NCBI GenBank assembly: GCA_963676835.2
Contig: CAXXFF010000002.1
Location: forward strand, 32,001-96,000
Source: Marispirochaeta sp.
GTDB taxonomy: Bacteria; Spirochaetota; Spirochaetia; JC444; Marispirochaetaceae
Length of the DNA stretch: 64,000 nt
Reading direction: 5' to 3'
This document shows positions 1 to 8,993 of this stretch, piece after piece. The translations under genes and the position numbers were made by a program. Under the pieces are notes generated by a model. That model saw only the letters and a list, made by a program, of their open reading frames with translations, ran no database searches and was not told where the DNA came from. The stretch's first letter is position 1. Each line of letters opens with the position of its first letter.

Positions 1-59
1 GGCGGATAGTCCGGCTTGCAACCGCTGGTTCAATCCTGCTGAGTGCAGCCCTCTGCCTG

Positions 60-1727
60 ATGAACGGCAGCCCTGTTCTGTTGATCCTTCCAGCAATGCT
101 GGGACTTGTTTTCTTTCTTTTTCTGCCTTCATGGTTCAGACCCAGACCACTTATCTCAGACAATCTTCTCACCGACCTGATTCAGAATGAGCAGCTGTTT
201 TTAATACTGCTGAACGCCGGGGATCAGAAAATACTCTACATATCTCCCGGAGGGGACGCATATTTTGACTCCGACGGAAAAACCTGGGATTCCGGCTTCA
301 GTCAGCAGGACAGAGAAACCCTGGAGAGAGATTTTAATGAAACCCTGGGCGGAGAAAATCAGCAGTCAGGAGAATTCCGCCTGTCCTGCAGAAATGATGT
401 TGAAACATGGCTTTCCATCCGCATGTACGGGATCCGCACAGGAGAAAGAGCCGGACAGGTAGCAATTGTCTGCAGAGATGTTACGGAAGACAGGAATTCC
501 AGACTGCAGCTGGTGAAGGCACGGGAATATGAAATTGAAGTGGGTGCACGGATTCAGCAGTCCCTCCTCCTGGGCCGCCCTCCTGTACAGACCCCGGGAA
601 TTGTAATTGATACCTTTACCCTGCCCTCCCAGAAAATTGACGGTGATTTTATCGACTTCTTTAATGATTCCATTATGGAAACAAGTGATTTTCTTTTAGG
701 CGATGTTATGGGAAAAGGGGTTCCCGCAGCCCTTATGGGTGCAGCTGCGCGTTCGGAGATAATGAAAGCCCACTGTCTTTCCGGAACAAACAGCGAATCC
801 GGCCATAGATCGGGTACCGACTCGCCCGCGTCTATTCTCTCCCTGGCCTCCACCAATCTGGCGGGAGAACTGCAGAAGCTGAAATCCTTTGTTACCCTTG
901 TCTACGGCCGGCTGAAAAACCAGGGCCGTATACTGGAGTTTGTGGACTGTGGACACACCAGCATGATCCACTATGACGCCGCGGCCGAAAGCTGCTGGAG
1001 ACTGAAAGGCGCGGATATGCCTCTGGGTTTCAGTGCAGCCCAGAACTTTACCTCCTATATGGCAGACCTGGGCCCGGAAGACATTATCTTTGCCTATTCA
1101 GACGGAATCACAGAGGCTGTAAACAGCGAGAATGAACTCTTCGGTGAAGAACGGCTCATGCTGCTGATCCGGGCATCTCACAATCTCTCCCCGGGTGATC
1201 TTTTAAACAAGATAAAACAGATAACCTTTGCCTACTGCGGCGGAAACTTCCGGGACGATATAACCTGTATCGCTCTTAAAGTGCAGGACCAGGCGGACAG
1301 CCCCGGGCGTAAGATAATCCAGAAAGAGTTTGCCCATAATCTGGATTCGATCCGGGAAATTCGCATGTTTTTTGCCGAAAGCCTGAATCTGCTGCTGAGT
1401 ACAAACGAAGCTGCTGCTGCAGCGGAGGAGATTAATATTGCCGCAGCCGAGGCAGTCTCCAATATTCTCAGGCATCAGGCGCCCACGGACAGCAGCCTGA
1501 AAATTACCCTGCGCAGGACCGCTTCATGGCTTGCAATTCACCTTGAATACAGCGGGGAAGAGTATAACTGGCAGGATATCGCCATTCCCGATGCAGAGAG
1601 CTACCAGCTGGGAGGCTATGGTCAGTACCTGATGAACACGGTAATGGATTCGGTAATTCTCGAACAGGGAGAACATCAGCGTCAGCGGCTGGTTATGATT
1701 AAGTCCCTGAAGGAGGAATCCCTGTGA
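60..1727 (+). CDS. Membrane-anchored PAS/PAC + SpoIIE-type PP2C phosphatase + C-terminal RsbW-like HATPase domain (frame open to the window edge, possibly 5'-truncated)
   Basis: PP2C motifs IDGDFIDF, GDVMGKGVPAAL, YSDGITEA, DDIT. C-terminal EAVSNILRH...GGYG...MD resembles anti-sigma kinases. The frame has no stop from position 3 to 60. Confidence 0.85.
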   Translation: MNGSPVLLILPAMLGLVFFLFLPSWFRPRPLISDNLLTDLIQNEQLFLILLNAGDQKILYISPGGDAYFDSDGKTWDSGFSQQDRETLERDFNETLGGENQQSGEFRLSCRNDVETWLSIRMYGIRTGERAGQVAIVCRDVTEDRNSRLQLVKAREYEIEVGARIQQSLLLGRPPVQTPGIVIDTFTLPSQKIDGDFIDFFNDSIMETSDFLLGDVMGKGVPAALMGAAARSEIMKAHCLSGTNSESGHRSGTDSPASILSLASTNLAGELQKLKSFVTLVYGRLKNQGRILEFVDCGHTSMIHYDAAAESCWRLKGADMPLGFSAAQNFTSYMADLGPEDIIFAYSDGITEAVNSENELFGEERLMLLIRASHNLSPGDLLNKIKQITFAYCGGNFRDDITCIALKVQDQADSPGRKIIQKEFAHNLDSIREIRMFFAESLNLLLSTNEAAAAAEEINIAAAEAVSNILRHQAPTDSSLKITLRRTASWLAIHLEYSGEEYNWQDIAIPDAESYQLGGYGQYLMNTVMDSVILEQGEHQRQRLVMIKSLKEESL

Positions 1728-3697
1728 GTATTCATCCCGTGGTGCCGGACCGGGGAATTTTTCTGGTAAAAAGCAGCCGTACCCCCCGGCTGATCCCCTG
1801 TCATACCTATCTGATAATCGAGGGCAATTCCGCAGTCCTTATCGATCCGGGACCCGAGGAAGATTTTGCCGAAACCTACAGCAGCGTAACTGCACAAATC
1901 GGCTGTGAACAGATTGAGCATATAGTTCTTACCAGCGAACTGCCCGAAGGAGCTTCCAGCCTGGCACTCTGGGGTCATGCCGGATTTTCCGGCAAAGTGG
2001 TTGTCTCCTGGCAGAGCTACATTGCCGCCCGTTACTATGCTCCAGATATGGATTTTCACTCCCTGGCAGGAGCGAAAACCTCTCTTGCAATAGGAGAAAA
2101 CCGTATTCTTGAGTTTCTGCCCATTCCGGGGTTTCCCACTGCCGGCTCTCTTGTCTGCTGGGACAAAAGCTCACATACCCTTTTCTCGGGCAAACTGTTC
2201 GGATCAATTATGGGCGGTATATCGGAAGAAACCGAAGGCAACAGTCTTGAGCTGATAAGTTCCTACCACGATATCTACTTTGCCTCTGCTGTGCCGGACA
2301 ATCTTGCAGGCCGGCTTGCAAGCCTGAATCCTGCAAGGATATGCCCCCAGCACGGGGAGCCCCTGGATCAGAGAGAGACCAGCATACATGACATCCTGGA
2401 ACGTCTGGATATATCCGGCGGGTGCGGAGACTGCGGCTCTCCGGATCTGCAGCGCACAGGGATTCTGCATAAAATTTATCAGCAGCTTACCACATTATTT
2501 TCTCCAAAAGAGACAAGCTTCCTTGAGAGAAACCTGCCCGGCCATACCCAGGGGATCGACCATAAGGACTTTTCCGCTTTCTTCACAGAGATGCTCAATA
2601 CCCGGGGGTACACATGGCTTGCCCTGATCGATTCCGACCTGCGCAGGCTGTGCACAACCTCAGACCTGGAACTGCCGGATATCTACCGTAACCATGAAAA
2701 CGAGATCCAGAGCGGCCTGGGCAACCTGGTACGAGAGTTGAAAAACCTGCGGGAAACAAATTTCCAGCTGCAGCACTCCATTATCAAGGCCAGTGATGAT
2801 CTTATCCGTGATGGTGTTACCGGCTTGTATAATGAAAAATTCTTCAGTGAATATCTGACCAGTACCGTGGAAAGCGGCACCAGCTCGGGAGATTCTGTCC
2901 TGGTTATCCGCCTTGACGGTCTTAAAAACCTCAACAGTCGCTTTGGTGCCGAATCGGGAGATCTGACCCTCAAAGCCCTGGCCTCATTTCTGATGAACCG
3001 CAAAACAGAGTCGGGCGCCCTGTTCCGGCTCAACGGGCCGGCGTTTCTCTGGTATCTCCATTCCACAGAACGAAAAGGAGCGGAGGAATATGCCCGGGAC
3101 CTTCAGCAGCAGGTGGAAATAACAGGGGAGTTTATTGCCCCCATTACCGTTTCCGCAGCCCTGGTTGGAATGGATGAACTCATTAAGGCTGAAACCCCAA
3201 AAGACAAGATCTTCACCGAGCTGATGAAAACAATCAAACAGCGAATAAAGACCCTGGACCGCATGGGACCGGGGTCCATCTGCACATCCACGGGAATCTC
3301 GCTTTTCAGAAACTTATCCGGCTCCATAATGCTCATTGAAAGCAGTTTTTTTGAGGCACGGATAATGATGCAGATCCTGGAGGCCGAGGGCTTCGAAGTG
3401 CAGCATGTTGCCCATGGCGCCGAGGCTCTGACCGAAGCGGACCGGATACGGCCGGATGCAATTGTAAGCGAGATGTTCGTGGCCCAGATGGACGGGTTTC
3501 AGATTCGGAAAAACCTCCTGGCAACCCAGGATCTCAAGAATATTCCCTTTATTCTGGTCTCCCGGGAAAAAAGTGAAGCATCAATCCGCCGTGCCCACGA
3601 AATGCAGATTCTTCACCACTTTCGAAAACCTCTGGTTCCCGCGGAACTGACAGGAACACTTCACGCCCTTATTGCAGAGAGGAACAGGAACCAGTGA
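1724..3697 (+). CDS. Multidomain signalling protein: MBL-fold (ODP/FprA-like) + degenerate GGDEF + atypical receiver
   Basis: YLIIEGNSAVLIDPG...ICPQHG (MBL fold); RDGVTGLYN...LDGLKNLNSRFGAESGD (GGDEF fold, active site reads NGPAF); C-terminal REC. GTGA overlap with the upstream gene. Confidence 0.8.
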   Translation: MSIHPVVPDRGIFLVKSSRTPRLIPCHTYLIIEGNSAVLIDPGPEEDFAETYSSVTAQIGCEQIEHIVLTSELPEGASSLALWGHAGFSGKVVVSWQSYIAARYYAPDMDFHSLAGAKTSLAIGENRILEFLPIPGFPTAGSLVCWDKSSHTLFSGKLFGSIMGGISEETEGNSLELISSYHDIYFASAVPDNLAGRLASLNPARICPQHGEPLDQRETSIHDILERLDISGGCGDCGSPDLQRTGILHKIYQQLTTLFSPKETSFLERNLPGHTQGIDHKDFSAFFTEMLNTRGYTWLALIDSDLRRLCTTSDLELPDIYRNHENEIQSGLGNLVRELKNLRETNFQLQHSIIKASDDLIRDGVTGLYNEKFFSEYLTSTVESGTSSGDSVLVIRLDGLKNLNSRFGAESGDLTLKALASFLMNRKTESGALFRLNGPAFLWYLHSTERKGAEEYARDLQQQVEITGEFIAPITVSAALVGMDELIKAETPKDKIFTELMKTIKQRIKTLDRMGPGSICTSTGISLFRNLSGSIMLIESSFFEARIMMQILEAEGFEVQHVAHGAEALTEADRIRPDAIVSEMFVAQMDGFQIRKNLLATQDLKNIPFILVSREKSEASIRRAHEMQILHHFRKPLVPAELTGTLHALIAERNRNQ

Positions 3698-6537
3698 ATA
3701 TTCCTGTTCTTCTGCTTGTTTTCTTTATCCTGCTTGATTCAGCGGCAATTCTGCTTTTTGTCCTGCTTAAACGGCATCAGAAGAGCAATTTCCGGAAAGA
3801 GATGCGTGTCCGGGATCTGCTGCTCCAGGCGGCTTTTTCAAAAGAACCTGTTCCCCCCTCATCCATGCATACCCTGCAACATCATTATTGTGTTGCCATC
3901 CGGGAACTTTCGGCTCTTTTCGGTATCATGATCCCCGGGAAGGATGAGCAGGAAAGGCTGCAGATGCTTTTCCGGGAGGCGGGAATTACAGAAAAGCTGA
4001 AGAAGCTGCTTGCATCACGAAACCCCCGTCACCGCTATATGAGTGCCTTGACCCTTCGCCATCTTTTACCGAAAAACCAGCGGGAATGTCTTGCAAAAAG
4101 ACTGAGAATTGAATCCAGGCGCCATGTGAAGACCGCACTTGCAAAGGGACTCCTCGATTCAAGCCGGGGAACCTGCTTCGACGCTCTGGCGGAAAGCCTG
4201 GGATCAGACCGGGAATATAATAAGACCGTGGCAGCAATGGTCAGTGTCTCCGGCACCCGGTTTATCGGCTGGGCCAGACAGAATCTGAAAAATACTGATA
4301 TGCGCTACCGGCTGCTTATCCTCTACGGGGCCAGGTTTCATACAGCCTCCTGGCTGAGAGATTTTGCATATACTTCACTCAAAGACCCAAGCGGGGAAAT
4401 TCGTGAAGCTGCGCTTGAATGTGTCCGGATTTATCCGGATATTGCCTCGGGTGGCGAAAACCTCACCTCTTCAGACCCCGCTGTCTTACGGGCAACTGTG
4501 CTCTCCCAGGCGAGACAAGGCGGAGACCTTGATATTTCCCTCTTTGCCGCACATTTTACCCGGGACGAAACATTCCAGGCTGCTGTTGAGGGATTAAGGG
4601 ATTATATCCAGCGGTTTCCCGAGGCTATTAATTCGGTTCTTAACCTGATAAACACCACCAGCGAGGAGACAATCCGCCGAGGCGCGTCCATCTGCCTGGC
4701 TGGAAGAATTCCATATCTGCTGGCACAGGATTTTTCCCTTGAGAAAATAGATTCTCTTGTACGTATATGCGCAGAAGAGGGCTTCTCCTCGGGGCTTATT
4801 GCCTTTATCAACAACAGTAAAGACAGATCACTTATGGAGAGGATAAAACCACTGTTACTGTCCATGATAGAGGATATTCCCGATTTTCGTCGTGAGGCAA
4901 ACCGCTTTCTCAATCCGGACCTGCTGACTGAACTGGGAATGACGCAGGATACTAAAGCACAGAATATTCCCCGGATTCCATTGAACATGAAAGACCGCAT
5001 CCTCATTCTGGTACTGCTGATTCTGGTTATCGCGGTACCTCTGTCGGCAATGGCGGTAAGTTTTGTAATTTCAGATACTCCAATCTCATTGCCGGCCTTC
5101 GCACGCCATGCGGTACACAGCTATACCGCTATTTTCGCCTGGTACGCCGCCGTCCTGAATACGGTATATGTGCTGCTGCTGCTTTCTGCCATTCTCAATC
5201 TTTACCGGCAGACCAAATACTGGAAGATCCAGGATAATGACTTTCTCTTTACCCCCGGGGTTGTCCCCTCCATCGCGGTAATTGCACCGGCGTATAACGA
5301 AGAGAAAACCGTTGTGGAGAGCGTAAACTCTCTGCTCACACTGGTTTATCCCGATTATCAGGTTATTGTGGTCAATGACGGATCTGCGGATGACACCATC
5401 GGGGTGCTGAAAGAGGAGTTCCAGCTTATCCGCATAGACCGCCAGCCGGAGGGAAATCTCAGCACCGCTCCGGTTAGGGGCATCTACCAGTCACCCCTGA
5501 ACAGCAGGCTGCTGGTGGTGGACAAGGAAAACGGCGGCAAGGCGGATGCCCTTAACTGCGGAATCAATTACGGAGAAAAAGAGTTTGTCTGCAGTATCGA
5601 CTCCGACTCCCTGCTGGAACCGGACTCCCTGCTGCGTATGACCTCGGAGGCAATGACAAGCCGGCACGAAACCATTGCCATCGGCGGCAATATCCTCCCG
5701 GTCAACGGCTGTTCCGTTAACCACGGGGCACTGCAGAAGATTGCCCTGGGGAAAAATCGCTATGCCCGGCTTCAGACCATCGAATACCTCCGCTCCTTTA
5801 TTGCAGGGCGCCTGGGATGGGCCCAGTTGAATGCCCTGCTGATAATTTCCGGGGCCTTCGGGCTTTTCAAGCGGGAGCGGGTACTTGAAATAGGAGGCTA
5901 CCTCACCGGCAGAGGGATCCACAAAAAAGACACCGTCGGGGAAGACATGGAGCTGGTGGTGAGGCTGATCCGCCATATGGGAGAAATACGGAAGCCTTAC
6001 CGTGTTCAATATGCCGCTACGGCAAACTGCTGGACCGAGGTCCCCGAAGACCTGAACAGCATCTACAAACAGCGGGACCGCTGGCACCGGGGACTAACCG
6101 AAATTATGACCTTCCACCGCCGGATGCTCTTTAATCCCCGCTATGGAACAGCAGGGTTAATAGGCCTGCCCTATTTTCTCATATTCGAAATTATCGGCCC
6201 TTTTTACGAATTCTCCGGCTACCTGTTTCTGCTCATAGGCTTTATTGCAGGACTCCACTCCGTGGCGGTTTACCTGATACTTTTCAGTGTCTGCATTCTC
6301 TTCGGCACCCTGGTCTCCCTGATTTCACTGATCCTGTCGGAGCACGGCATTGTCTACTTCAGCCACCGGGAAATAATAAAACTGCTTTTAAGTACCTTCA
6401 GCGAAAACTTCGGCTACCGGCAGCTTATGGGTTGGCTGAGGGTATTCTCGTTAACGGGAATGCTCTTCAAGAACAAGGGTTGGCAGAAGCTTGAAAGAAA
6501 AGGCTTTTCCCCGGCGCCGGCCAAAACGCAAAAATAA
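3694..6537 (+). CDS. HEAT-repeat-like region fused to a processive GT2 glycosyltransferase (PgaC/IcaA/CesA-like)
   Basis: PAYNEE, NDGS, NGGKADALN, IDSDS, GED, QRDRW (D,D,D,QxxRW) and C-terminal TMs. N-terminal helical repeats such as LKDPSGEIREAAL. Confidence 0.88.
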   Translation: MNIPVLLLVFFILLDSAAILLFVLLKRHQKSNFRKEMRVRDLLLQAAFSKEPVPPSSMHTLQHHYCVAIRELSALFGIMIPGKDEQERLQMLFREAGITEKLKKLLASRNPRHRYMSALTLRHLLPKNQRECLAKRLRIESRRHVKTALAKGLLDSSRGTCFDALAESLGSDREYNKTVAAMVSVSGTRFIGWARQNLKNTDMRYRLLILYGARFHTASWLRDFAYTSLKDPSGEIREAALECVRIYPDIASGGENLTSSDPAVLRATVLSQARQGGDLDISLFAAHFTRDETFQAAVEGLRDYIQRFPEAINSVLNLINTTSEETIRRGASICLAGRIPYLLAQDFSLEKIDSLVRICAEEGFSSGLIAFINNSKDRSLMERIKPLLLSMIEDIPDFRREANRFLNPDLLTELGMTQDTKAQNIPRIPLNMKDRILILVLLILVIAVPLSAMAVSFVISDTPISLPAFARHAVHSYTAIFAWYAAVLNTVYVLLLLSAILNLYRQTKYWKIQDNDFLFTPGVVPSIAVIAPAYNEEKTVVESVNSLLTLVYPDYQVIVVNDGSADDTIGVLKEEFQLIRIDRQPEGNLSTAPVRGIYQSPLNSRLLVVDKENGGKADALNCGINYGEKEFVCSIDSDSLLEPDSLLRMTSEAMTSRHETIAIGGNILPVNGCSVNHGALQKIALGKNRYARLQTIEYLRSFIAGRLGWAQLNALLIISGAFGLFKRERVLEIGGYLTGRGIHKKDTVGEDMELVVRLIRHMGEIRKPYRVQYAATANCWTEVPEDLNSIYKQRDRWHRGLTEIMTFHRRMLFNPRYGTAGLIGLPYFLIFEIIGPFYEFSGYLFLLIGFIAGLHSVAVYLILFSVCILFGTLVSLISLILSEHGIVYFSHREIIKLLLSTFSENFGYRQLMGWLRVFSLTGMLFKNKGWQKLERKGFSPAPAKTQK

Positions 6538-6538
6538 C

Positions 6539-6566
6539 AAAAAGAGCCCGCCGAACGACGGGCTCT
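6539..6566 (-). terminator. Intrinsic terminator between the convergent GT2 and MCP genes
   Basis: Stem AGAGCCCG/CGGGCTCT with an A-tract on the left (U-tract on the minus strand). Confidence 0.7.
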
Positions 6567-6587
6567 GTGACTGCATTTAATGAAGGA

Positions 6588-8825
6588 TTACTCTTTGTCT
6601 GTTTCTTCGCCGGAATCAAGTCCGGGAAGATCCTGTTCATCAAGGGCATCTTCTTCACCAAGGGGAACAGATCCTGCGCTTTCCCCAAGGGTATGTTCCG
6701 ATTCAAGAACCTCTTCCTCAGAGAGGTAGAACTTCTTTGTCTCCTGCTGTACCTGCTGGATACTCTCGGTGTTTTCATCGGAAAGATCGACAATACTGGC
6801 AATGGCCTTGTTGATTTCGCCGGTTCCCCGGGCAATCTCCTCTATGGCGTTCTTAACTTCCTGACTGATGGCGTTAAGGCTGGTTATAACCTCAATAATC
6901 TGGGTATTACCCTGATTCATCTCCACCGAGCCGGAACGGACGGTGGTGGTTATATCCGTCATGCCGCTGAGAATGCTGAGGAGCTCCTCTCCACCAGAAG
7001 CCTGTTCTCCCATGGCGGAACGGATCTCTTCAAAGATCTGCTGTACTCCGGAGATGGAACCGGCAATTCGACCGAAGGCTTTGTCGGTCTCCGCGGATAT
7101 ATCCACAATATGCTTTACCGCCTGGGTCACATCCTTCAGACGTCCTTTGACAATCTTGGCCTGGTCCGAGGCGTTCTCCGCAAGGTTCCGGATTTCGTCG
7201 GCCACAACGGAGAATCCCGCTCCGGCGTCCCCTGCGTGAGCCGCTTCAATAGCAGCATTCATGGCCAGCAGGTTAGTCTGGGAGGCTATATTGGCAATAA
7301 CCGTATTGGCCTCGCCCAGGGCATCGGACATGCCGGAGATATCATTGATAAGGTTTACCATGTTATCCAGCTGCTCTTTTCCGTTGCGGGATACATCTTC
7401 AAGAACCCGAACCTCTCCGGCAGCTTTTTCAGTGGTGCTGCTGATAAGCCGGACACTCTGAACCATCTCTTCAACGGCGCTGGAAGACTGGGAAACACTC
7501 TCCGACTGTTTCTCGATTGAAGCTCCCAGGGATTCAATATTCTTGGTCATCTCCTCTACCGTAGCGGAGGTTTCGGTGATATTAACCGACTGATTGGCAA
7601 TCTGCCCGCGGGTGCTTTCGATATTGGCATTTATCTGATTTATGGCCGCCGCAGTCTGCTGTACGTTGGCAGACAGATCGTGACCGCCGCTTTCGAGAAC
7701 ATTCATACGCTCCCGAACCTGTTGTATAAGCAGAACCAGGTTGTGAACCAGACGGTTGAAACGCCGGCTGATATCGGAAAACTCATCGTTGCCTTTTTCC
7801 GGGATTTCTACAGTAAGGTTACCGGTGGACGCCACCTGCAGCAGCTGAGCCAGGCTGTGAACCCGACGGATAAGAAAGAGCCGGATAAACACCGTCAACA
7901 CCGCAATCATTAAAATGGCTGCAATGAGTCCGCTTCCCATGAGTACCTTGAGTATACTGATGGTAGGAGCCTGAATTTCCTCCTCATCCATGGTAACCGC
8001 GGCAATCCAGCCGGTATCACCCATGAGGGGACGGAAAACCAGGGCTTTTTCTCTTTTCTGATAGGTATAATTAACGGCATTCTCCTCGTTGTTATCCTGC
8101 TCAATTTCCTCCTGGATTTTTATATAAAAATCCTCACTGGAAATATCCTCACCGATAAGACCGGAATTAGGATGTGAAACGGTTATTCCTTCATTGGTAA
8201 CAACAATGGGGTAGCCGGTCTCGCCAAACTGCAAATTAGACAGATAGATGGAACTGAAAACTCTTAAGTCCAGAACAGCTATAAGGGTTCCAAGCTCCTG
8301 CCGGTCGGCATAGAGGCGCACCGCATAATAGATTACCGGATTACCGGTAAAAGGCGATTCCGATGGAATATAATCCGCAGGGTAGGCCGCTCCGCCGGCA
8401 ATTTCCTGCCAGATTCGGGTAGACCGGATACTGACTCCCACATGTTCATCCGCAGCGGCGGCTATAACCGTACCGGAGGTATCTACGATCAATGCAGCAT
8501 CAAGTATCTGCAGGTTGGAGTTAAGAATGCGAAGAAGCCCGGTAGCAGGATCCAGATTGCCGCTTTTTACTGAATCGGTATAGGTGCTGTTGAGAATATG
8601 GGCCCGGAGAATCCGTTCCACCAGTTTGGTCTGAAAACCGACAAGGCTCTCTATGGCGTTTACCTCGCTGTCGAAACTCTCTATCTGAATCTGATGTACA
8701 TCATCATCCAGTTTCTGGCTGACAATTAAGAGCATAATCCCAAGAATTACTACCAGAAGGATGGCTGTTATAATTGAAACCCTGGCGGAAATCCCCATGC
8801 GAAATCCTTTGGGCAGTCGAAGCAT
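6588..8825 (-). CDS. Methyl-accepting chemotaxis protein (Cache-HAMP-MA)
   Basis: IASQTNLLAMNAAIEAAHAGDAGAGFSVVADEIRNLAE, two TMs, Cache motif GETGYPIVV...HP. Start moved to ATG 8825 because GGAGG precedes it. Confidence 0.95.
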   Translation of the reverse strand: MLRLPKGFRMGISARVSIITAILLVVILGIMLLIVSQKLDDDVHQIQIESFDSEVNAIESLVGFQTKLVERILRAHILNSTYTDSVKSGNLDPATGLLRILNSNLQILDAALIVDTSGTVIAAAADEHVGVSIRSTRIWQEIAGGAAYPADYIPSESPFTGNPVIYYAVRLYADRQELGTLIAVLDLRVFSSIYLSNLQFGETGYPIVVTNEGITVSHPNSGLIGEDISSEDFYIKIQEEIEQDNNEENAVNYTYQKREKALVFRPLMGDTGWIAAVTMDEEEIQAPTISILKVLMGSGLIAAILMIAVLTVFIRLFLIRRVHSLAQLLQVASTGNLTVEIPEKGNDEFSDISRRFNRLVHNLVLLIQQVRERMNVLESGGHDLSANVQQTAAAINQINANIESTRGQIANQSVNITETSATVEEMTKNIESLGASIEKQSESVSQSSSAVEEMVQSVRLISSTTEKAAGEVRVLEDVSRNGKEQLDNMVNLINDISGMSDALGEANTVIANIASQTNLLAMNAAIEAAHAGDAGAGFSVVADEIRNLAENASDQAKIVKGRLKDVTQAVKHIVDISAETDKAFGRIAGSISGVQQIFEEIRSAMGEQASGGEELLSILSGMTDITTTVRSGSVEMNQGNTQIIEVITSLNAISQEVKNAIEEIARGTGEINKAIASIVDLSDENTESIQQVQQETKKFYLSEEEVLESEHTLGESAGSVPLGEEDALDEQDLPGLDSGEETDKE

Positions 8826-8993
8826 TGTATAGTCCTCCGTTAAGTCTTCGTTAGAACTATAAGTGTAATTCCAATGGCAACCGGGTGCAACCATAAAAAG
8901 CTTATATATTGAGTCATACTCCACCGGCAGACGCAAATAGAGAAATTTGGTATCGTCCGGATATACATCCTTACTTTATGAGAAAAGGATTCC

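Noticed and set aside
6567..7520. 317-aa plus-strand ORF
   Set aside because: Antisense shadow of the MCP signalling domain; no recognisable motif or RBS.
8860..8960. Possible c-di-GMP-I riboswitch upstream of the MCP (GACGCAAA)
   Set aside because: The motif is on the wrong strand for the MCP and the P2 GAAA stem and P3 elements cannot be built.
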